Positions 7,334 through 13,787 of a stretch of DNA of 20,980 nt are shown here, in pieces. This DNA comes from Chlamydiota bacterium (GTDB lineage: Bacteria > Chlamydiota > Chlamydiia > Chlamydiales > SM23-39), in assembly GCA_039179045.1 (NCBI GenBank), contig JBCDEZ010000026.1, positions 1-20,980 of the forward strand, given 5' to 3'. Positions within the stretch are counted from its first letter, which is position 1. Every line of letters starts with the position of its first letter. Made by a program: the position numbers and the translations under genes. Under the pieces are notes generated by a model. It saw nothing but the letters and a program-made list of their open reading frames with translations. It did no database searches and was not told the DNA's origin.

Positions 7334-9430
7334 ATGGATTTGAACCCCCAACAACAGCAAGCAGTTGACCACGTAGAGGGCCCTATGCTCGTTCTAGCGG
7401 GCGCAGGGTCGGGGAAAACGCGGGTTGTGATCGAAAGGATCGCGCGTCTTTTACATTTGGGCATTTTGCCCTCAAAAATTCTCGCGGTCACCTTCACGAA
7501 TAAAGCAGCCGAAGAGATGTCCTTGCGCTTGGAGAAAAGGGGCAGTGAAGGCGTTTTGACAACCACATTTCATAGCTTGGGAGCTCGGATTCTAAGGGAG
7601 TCGATCTCTCATCTGGGCTACCAAACCCCGTTCACTATCTACGATGAAGAAGATAGCCTCAAACTACTGAAAAGCTGCCTGCAAGGGATGCAGATCCGAG
7701 AAGAGAAGGGGTTGCTAAAAAAGATCCGCTCGCTCATTTCCCAAGCTAAAAATCGCCTTTTCGGCCCAGAATCTTCCGAGCTTGCGAACTTGAGCGAAGA
7801 GCGCTCCTCCTTGCTTCCCCGCTTGTACCAAGCCTACCAAAGAGCCCTCAAGGAGGCCAATGCAGTCGATTTCGACGACCTACTTTTTCTCACAGTACAC
7901 CTCCTCTCGGAAAAAAAAAGTGTCCGCACTCTCTACCAAGATCGGTGGGATTTTCTTCTCATTGACGAATACCAAGACACCAACTACGTGCAAGATCGTC
8001 TAGCGCATATTCTTTCTGAAAAACAGGGCAACTTGTTTGCTGTAGGAGATCCCGACCAGTCGATCTATTCTTGGAGAGGCGCCCTTGTCGATAACATCTT
8101 GCGCTTCGAAGAGCACTTTCCCGGCACTACGGTTGTCCCTTTAGAAGAGAACTACCGCAGCTCACAAGAGATCTTGCAGGCGGCAGGTGCGCTTATTTCC
8201 TGCAACGAGCGGCGGTATGAAAAGCGCCTTTGGAGCGCCCGCAAAGGAGAGGAAAAAGTAGCGCTTTTTCAAGCGAAAACAGATCGCGAAGAGGCGGAAT
8301 TCGTAGTTGATAAGGTCCAACAAATCACGAAGGAGCGCTCGATTCCCCTCCATGAAGTGGCGATTTTCTACCGGACCAATGCGCAGTCGAGGCAGCTAGA
8401 AGACGCTTTAAGAAGAACAAACCTCCCCTATCAAATTGTGGGAGGGCTTTCTTTTTACCAAAGAAAGGAGATTAAAGACTTGATCGCTCTCCTCCGTCTT
8501 CTTCTATCGCCAGCAGACAGAGTGGCGTTTACAAGGACAATCAACATCCCCAAAAGAGGCATCGGACTTACTAGCATCAAGAAAATACTGGACGCAGCCT
8601 CTGCCCGAGGACAGCCTCCATTGCTCTTTTTGCAAGAAGAGCAAAAAAATCCTGTTCTCAGTCTCTCATCGAAGCAAAAAAAGGGGATCCAAGAGTACCT
8701 AGAGGCCTTTTCCAAGCTACGGGCTCTACTAGAGAAAAAAGCAGCGGTCTCTAAGATTTTGGAAGAGGCCTACCACACTTTTTGCTATGACCGCTTCTTG
8801 CGAGAAGACCCTGACACGTATCAAGATCGGAGCGAGAACATCGCCTCACTTATTGCGAAAGCAGCCGAGTGGGAGTCGACGGCACCCTCTCCCCTGTTGG
8901 AGGCATTTTTAGAGGATATCTCCCTTAGCCCTCCCCCTGACGATTCTCCGGCAAGTTCGATCCGCTTGATGACATTACACAATGCCAAAGGGCTCGAATT
9001 TTTTCTCGTATTCATCGTAGGTATCGAAGAGAACATCTTACCCCACATATATGGAGCTGGAGAATCGGTAGAAGAAGAGAGGCGGCTTCTCTACGTCGGC
9101 ATCACGCGCGCACGTCATCTACTCTACCTCTCTTTTGCGAAAGAGCGCTACTTGTGGGGTACGCATAAAAGGCAAAACCCCTCCCGTTTTTTGCAGGATA
9201 TTCCCCAAGACCTTCTCCGCAAAGCACACACAAAACAGAGGAACGATTCTAGTTCAGACGAGTTTTCCTTCAATGAGGGGGACTGGGTATGGCATCCTCG
9301 CTTCGGCAGGGGGATCATCGAAAGGGCATACCACACATCGTACGGCCCCACCTACGATGTCTACTTTAGTGAAAGTGATCAGGAACGCTCTTTAGTTGCC
9401 AAGTACGCACTTTTGCAAAGCGCGAAATAG
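7334..9430 (+). CDS. uvrD: ATP-dependent SF1 DNA helicase PcrA/UvrD
   Basis: Walker A LAGAGSGKT, plus VTFTNKAA, IDEYQDTN, VGDPDQSIYSWRGA, LEENYRS, MTLHNAKGLEF and EERRLLYVGITRA. C-terminal Tudor-like segment GDWVWHPRFGRG. Confidence 0.96.
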   Translation: MDLNPQQQQAVDHVEGPMLVLAGAGSGKTRVVIERIARLLHLGILPSKILAVTFTNKAAEEMSLRLEKRGSEGVLTTTFHSLGARILRESISHLGYQTPFTIYDEEDSLKLLKSCLQGMQIREEKGLLKKIRSLISQAKNRLFGPESSELANLSEERSSLLPRLYQAYQRALKEANAVDFDDLLFLTVHLLSEKKSVRTLYQDRWDFLLIDEYQDTNYVQDRLAHILSEKQGNLFAVGDPDQSIYSWRGALVDNILRFEEHFPGTTVVPLEENYRSSQEILQAAGALISCNERRYEKRLWSARKGEEKVALFQAKTDREEAEFVVDKVQQITKERSIPLHEVAIFYRTNAQSRQLEDALRRTNLPYQIVGGLSFYQRKEIKDLIALLRLLLSPADRVAFTRTINIPKRGIGLTSIKKILDAASARGQPPLLFLQEEQKNPVLSLSSKQKKGIQEYLEAFSKLRALLEKKAAVSKILEEAYHTFCYDRFLREDPDTYQDRSENIASLIAKAAEWESTAPSPLLEAFLEDISLSPPPDDSPASSIRLMTLHNAKGLEFFLVFIVGIEENILPHIYGAGESVEEERRLLYVGITRARHLLYLSFAKERYLWGTHKRQNPSRFLQDIPQDLLRKAHTKQRNDSSSDEFSFNEGDWVWHPRFGRGIIERAYHTSYGPTYDVYFSESDQERSLVAKYALLQSAK

Positions 9431-9434
9431 CCCT

Positions 9435-10385
9435 CTACAAAAGTAGGAGCCTTTGGAAAGCGCGGTACGCTCTACGCTTCGAGATAAAGCGCTTCCAGTA
9501 GGTATCTCGAAAGCGTAAGCCAGAGATATTGGGGATATAGGAAGAAGGCGTCAGGTAGATGTTTTGTCCCCAACCTGGTTTCCACAAAAGCCCCTCTGTT
9601 TTCCTACGTCCTATTGTGAGGGTCTCTAACCCTAAAGCAGAGGCAAGATGCCCTAACCCCGAATCGTTTCCTACCAAATACCTCGATGTGTATAGGTACT
9701 TTGCCAAATCGTGCAAAGAGGTGATTCTAGGCACTAAAAACCCTTCTTTCTCCAAAAAGAAAAAGGGCGCCTGCTCTTTTTCTAGCCCCGCTAAAACCGC
9801 AACAGTGAACCCCTCTTTTTGCAGCCGTTTTCCAAGCCAGATGAACTTTTTTATTGGCCAATTTTTTCCCTCACGCGAACTGGAGACGTGGAACACAACG
9901 CGGTTTGGGTACTGCCGGAATCGCACATCGCGCGGGGCAATGATTCCGTTGTTTTTGGTCGTTTTTTCCAGCCCCATCACCTCTTTACAAAAGTTGTGAA
10001 GGTTCTCGACAAAGGACTTTTCTGGCTGCATCTGCACATCTTCATAGTAGGGAAGCTGGAAAATGCTCTTCGTAGGATAGGGGTAAACAACGCGCACCTG
10101 TTCTGGAACTTGGCGCTTCCCCTCTTGAATCAATTTCTGCAAGAAGGGATCCGTTCTGTGATCAAAAGCAACGATCAGATCGTAATGAGAGAGTACGCCT
10201 GCAATGGCATCGGAATGGGGATAGGGGAGAAAAGGTAGGTGAGGGAACCAAGACTGCAAGCTGCCCATCGTGTTGTGATAGGTGTGCGTATCCCAGTTAT
10301 TTTGATGGAAATTGTTCGAAATAACGGCAGAAATCAAGCCATCGCCAAGGCCTTTATGGCAAAAAACAGCCAGCTTTTTCTTCAT
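9435..10385 (-). CDS. Glycosyltransferase family 9 (ADP-heptose:LPS heptosyltransferase-like)
   Basis: N-terminal GLGDGLIS, plus KNWP and LVGNDSGLGHLASALG, which are the GT9 signature motifs. Confidence 0.88.
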   Translation of the reverse strand: MKKKLAVFCHKGLGDGLISAVISNNFHQNNWDTHTYHNTMGSLQSWFPHLPFLPYPHSDAIAGVLSHYDLIVAFDHRTDPFLQKLIQEGKRQVPEQVRVVYPYPTKSIFQLPYYEDVQMQPEKSFVENLHNFCKEVMGLEKTTKNNGIIAPRDVRFRQYPNRVVFHVSSSREGKNWPIKKFIWLGKRLQKEGFTVAVLAGLEKEQAPFFFLEKEGFLVPRITSLHDLAKYLYTSRYLVGNDSGLGHLASALGLETLTIGRRKTEGLLWKPGWGQNIYLTPSSYIPNISGLRFRDTYWKRFISKRRAYRAFQRLLLL

Positions 10386-10506
10386 GGTTCTTCGGGAGGT
10401 TTGCGGCGATGTTACTCGATTTTTCTTATTTCAGAAAGGTTTTCGCCAAAGCTATAGAGAAAAAAAGGGGAACGCGATAGAAAACAGAGAAAAGAGGGAG
10501 TAGATC

Positions 10507-11691
10507 GTGCGGTTATTCGCGCAACCAAGCAGGCAGATGCGCATGCGAGGATCCTACGCATTTACGGCAAGGATGGAACTTGCGGGCCGCATCATGCAAA
10601 GCCCGGGAAAAGAGCTTTTTGCGCTACTGGAAGAAGAAGTCGCAAAAAATCCCCTTCTCTATTGGAAGCATCCACAAAAGACTCTTTTCCACGAACTCCC
10701 TTTCCGCAAATGCTCGTTTTCCGAACATATCGCAGCGCAGATCCGAGATGGGCTGTCTACAAACGAGCAGCCTCTTGCTTGGGATCTTTGGGAAGAGCTC
10801 GACGAGAGAGGCTATTGCGGCCGTCCTTTGGATAAGTGGAGCTCTTCTCACCTTGCTGTACGAAAGAAGATGCTTCTCTTCGATCCATTGGGAGTTGCAA
10901 GCATCTCCTTGCAAGAGTGCTTGCTCGCGCAGCTGCAAGTAGCAGAGGGAAAGAGCATTCTCCGTCAACTGATTGCCCACCATTTCGACGATCTATTGCA
11001 CCAAAGATTCTCCCAACTGTCCAAGAAATTGCGCCGCAAAGCTCACCTTTTGCGCAAAGAAGTGCAAGAGGGGCTCTGGCAATTGCATACAAAACCGAAA
11101 GAGGCTTTCGAGGAGACACAAAACGCTCCTCTATTCCCCGATGTAATCGTCTCTCCTTTTGGAGAAATTGCTATCGATCCTGCGATTCCTCCACTCTACC
11201 TCAAAGCGCTGCATCCAAGGAGCTGCGCTGCACGTGCATGGGAGTCTTCAGCAGGGCATCTAGAAAAGTCCCTACAAAAGCGCCTTAGTCTATTGAATCG
11301 TCTGACGCAATTCCTATTACAAAAGCAAAAAGGCTTCTTCAAATTCAATGAGCCCTTGACCTCTTTGACCGTGAAAGAGACCGCGCTCGCGCTCGATGTG
11401 CATCCAGCTACCTTGCGCAGGATCCTTGCAAATAAATCTCTTAGCTTTGAAGGGGAGATCTTCCCTATGCACACCTTTTTTTCCCGAGAGGCAAGGTACG
11501 CGTCTCAGCAAAAGACGCTCCGTCTGATCGAAAAAATTATCCGCAGTGAGAGCCAAAAAAACCCGCTATCCGATACAGAGATCACCTATCTTCTCGCAAA
11601 AAAAGGCTGCTACCTAGCCAGGAGAACGGTAACCAAATACCGCCAGCGCCTGAAGATTCCCAAAAAACTACAAAGAAGAGAAGTCTTTTAA
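10507..11691 (+). CDS. rpoN: RNA polymerase sigma-54 factor (short, divergent)
   Basis: Region I end EEVAKNPLL, LDERGY, FDPLGVASISLQECLLAQL, NPLSDTEI, and RpoN box ARRTVTKYR (11617-11643). GTG start with a GAGGGAG RBS. Confidence 0.92.
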   Translation: MRLFAQPSRQMRMRGSYAFTARMELAGRIMQSPGKELFALLEEEVAKNPLLYWKHPQKTLFHELPFRKCSFSEHIAAQIRDGLSTNEQPLAWDLWEELDERGYCGRPLDKWSSSHLAVRKKMLLFDPLGVASISLQECLLAQLQVAEGKSILRQLIAHHFDDLLHQRFSQLSKKLRRKAHLLRKEVQEGLWQLHTKPKEAFEETQNAPLFPDVIVSPFGEIAIDPAIPPLYLKALHPRSCAARAWESSAGHLEKSLQKRLSLLNRLTQFLLQKQKGFFKFNEPLTSLTVKETALALDVHPATLRRILANKSLSFEGEIFPMHTFFSREARYASQQKTLRLIEKIIRSESQKNPLSDTEITYLLAKKGCYLARRTVTKYRQRLKIPKKLQRREVF

Positions 11692-12641
11692 GCGAAATGG
11701 GCGTAGGAGCGCTCAATCATAGTCTGTTTGGAAAACTGCTCCAAAAGGCCTACGGGGGACTGCTCTGGATTGAGGAGAGCTTGGTGGTTAACAAGCAAAG
11801 TCAGCTCTAGTGCATACTGCCCTTCTAGAACCGCGTGCGTTCTTTGATCGGGAAAAACAAGCCAGCAAGACCCAGGAGGAAAGTCCCAATAGTGTTTGGG
11901 ACAATTTTTTTGGTACTCCTCATTTTCCTTCAAAAAATGGTGGAAATCTAACATGAACTGATCGTAACTAGAGCGGACCGTAATCGGCAGCCCAAGAGCT
12001 TTGAGACACTTTTTCCAACTACGCAAAAACCGTTTTTTCGGAGACATTCTCTTCCGGAGGCTTTGGAGTAACTCTTCTTTGGAAAAAATCTGCAAAAGCT
12101 CTTGAAACGTGTGGGCTGTGATCCACTTGCGCGCCTCGTCAGGATTGATGTTCGTAAAAAAGCGCAAGATCCGCGCTCCATGTACAGGACGGGAGGGAAA
12201 CGCATCGATGTGCAAAAGATCGTTGCGCGCTCTTTTGCGCAAATTTCTCCCCTTCTCCTGCATCGGGCGGAAACTTGCATAATCGAGCTTCCAACGGGAT
12301 TTGTAAGGAGACAAAAAGCTCCCCAAAAACTCTTCTACTCCGTAGGTATAGCGGCGCATGATCTGCAGGCATGTCTCTTTTTCTCGCTTTGTGAGATCGG
12401 TCGAGGCCAAATTGGAAATCACATCGCGATGTGGTTTGTAAGCGATGTTCTTACGGCTCGCATTTTCCATCTGTTTTTGGTGAATCAAAAATTCTCGGTC
12501 CTCTTGAGGGAATGCGAAGGGAATCTGAGGGAAAAAAAGGATATGCCCGTCTTCGAGTTCTTGGCACATGCTACGCGCTTTTTCTGGGTCTTGCTTTGCC
12601 TCTTCTCGAACTTCTTGTGTGCATGCAATCAATTTTGCCAT
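11688..12641 (-). CDS. kdoO: Kdo 3-hydroxylase (Fe(II)/2-oxoglutarate dioxygenase converting Kdo to Ko)
   Basis: Motifs LEDGHILFFP, RKNIAY, RNDLLHIDAFPSRPVHGARILRFFTNINP, RSSYDQFMLDFH..LKENEEYQ and FPPGSCWLVFPDQRTHAVLEGQYALE follow the Kdo_hydroxy family. HxD is at 12204-12212 and the distal His at 11835-11837. The ATG at 12641 has a GAGGT RBS and lies just downstream of the upstream gene's stop. Confidence 0.88.
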   Translation of the reverse strand: MAKLIACTQEVREEAKQDPEKARSMCQELEDGHILFFPQIPFAFPQEDREFLIHQKQMENASRKNIAYKPHRDVISNLASTDLTKREKETCLQIMRRYTYGVEEFLGSFLSPYKSRWKLDYASFRPMQEKGRNLRKRARNDLLHIDAFPSRPVHGARILRFFTNINPDEARKWITAHTFQELLQIFSKEELLQSLRKRMSPKKRFLRSWKKCLKALGLPITVRSSYDQFMLDFHHFLKENEEYQKNCPKHYWDFPPGSCWLVFPDQRTHAVLEGQYALELTLLVNHQALLNPEQSPVGLLEQFSKQTMIERSYAHFA

Positions 12642-12646
12642 GAATC

Positions 12647-13504
12647 TTATACCTCTTGTAGGTAGGAGGCAAAAATTTGCCGCCACCGGATGTTTGTATG
12701 TTTCTTTTCGATGAAATATTTCCCAATTGCTTGTGGAGTGTTGCGCGCACAAAAATCAATCTCTTCATCGGAGAGGCGGAAAAGAAGGCAGCGCGCATTT
12801 TTTTCCGACCTAAGGAGCTGCTTCAAGGACAGAAATGCGTTTTTTAGCGCTCTTTTGCGTAGAAAAAGGCGCAGCAAAGGAAGGGTCAATAGTGCCAGAT
12901 ACGCCGTCAACACTCCCGAAATATGCGTCCAAAAAAGGAGAGGAAAAAAAAGAGAAAACCCTACAAAACATAGGGAGAACAGAAGGAACAAAAGCGCCTC
13001 GAAGGGTTGTTCAATCAAAGCGCCAAAAGATCTTCTCAAAATGCTGGGAGAGGTGCGGTAGGCAAAAATTTCCTCATACTTCTTGCTCCCAAGAGGAGCT
13101 CTCATCACATGCACCGCTTCGTGCGCGAGCATCTCGGTCTGCTTTTTTCTTTTACGCACCTGCACCAACATGCAGGGAGTCTTTTCAGCCTCTGCCTGCA
13201 AGATCCACGTCATCGCTAAGTGCCAAGGAGCAAGGCCTCGGTTACTGTAATAAGCCTGAATCCAGTGAGGGCGCGCTCCGAACAAAGTGGTGAGTTGCGC
13301 TTTGGGAAAGTCCCATTCGTAATAGGGGACAGGATCCTTCAAAGAGAAGGGGGGAGACTTCTCTGTTTTGGAGAAAAATTGCTCTACGCTCGTTCCGATA
13401 GAGGCCGCTCTTTGGGCGAATGCATCTTCGGTCTCTGAGGGGAAAGGGAAGATTCCTTGACGGTCGTACAAACAAAGCTGAGCATCTAACAACACCATAG
13501 ACAT
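12647..13504 (-). CDS. Conserved chlamydial membrane protein (CT642-like) with an HExxH..E zinc-peptidase-like motif
   Basis: Motifs GIFP.P.E, YYSNRGLAPW, LAHEAVHVMR...YEEIFAYRTS, then two TM helices and LLFRLSDEEI. It lies divergent to topA, as I recall for the chlamydial family. Confidence 0.8.
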   Translation of the reverse strand: MSMVLLDAQLCLYDRQGIFPFPSETEDAFAQRAASIGTSVEQFFSKTEKSPPFSLKDPVPYYEWDFPKAQLTTLFGARPHWIQAYYSNRGLAPWHLAMTWILQAEAEKTPCMLVQVRKRKKQTEMLAHEAVHVMRAPLGSKKYEEIFAYRTSPSILRRSFGALIEQPFEALLFLLFSLCFVGFSLFFPLLFWTHISGVLTAYLALLTLPLLRLFLRKRALKNAFLSLKQLLRSEKNARCLLFRLSDEEIDFCARNTPQAIGKYFIEKKHTNIRWRQIFASYLQEV

Positions 13505-13510
13505 CCACGC

Positions 13511-13539
13511 ATCCTATGCAAAAAAAGGAGACTTTTCAA
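13511..13539 (-). promoter_or_regulatory. Putative sigma70/sigma66 promoter for the HExxH gene-kdoO operon
   Basis: Minus strand reads TTGAAA (13539-13534), 17 nt, TAGGAT (13516-13511), 6 nt, then ATG at 13504. Confidence 0.5.
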
Positions 13540-13725
13540 GGAATTTTCTCCATTGACGCACAAGTTTGCATGAGGAAAAGGCCTTTTTGGGGAAAAACCA
13601 CTTCAATAAGTGGGCTCTATCGCGTATGATGCGAAAGGGTGGTTGCTCTATTGAGAGAGGGCCACAGTGTAAGAAGTCTTTCCCGGATGAGCGCTTTTCT
13701 AACGCAAACGTGGGCGCATCTTGCA

Positions 13726-13754
13726 TTTACACGTAAACGATGTTTCGTTAGTAT
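13726..13754 (+). promoter_or_regulatory. Putative sigma70/sigma66 promoter of topA
   Basis: TTTACA (13726-13731), 17 nt, TAGTAT (13749-13754), 33 nt upstream of the ATG. Confidence 0.5.
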
Positions 13755-13787
13755 GTGCAGCTTTTGAAGTAACTGTGACGCAATGCT

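Noticed and set aside
10433..10448. Sigma-54-like element TGGCGA-N5-TTTCT upstream of the GT9 gene
   Set aside because: It lacks the conserved -12 GC and has two mismatches in the -24 box, so chance is a sufficient explanation.
12642..12752. N-terminal extension of the KdoO ORF in the track (start 12752)
   Set aside because: It overlaps the upstream gene by over 100 bp, whereas the ATG at 12641 has a good RBS.
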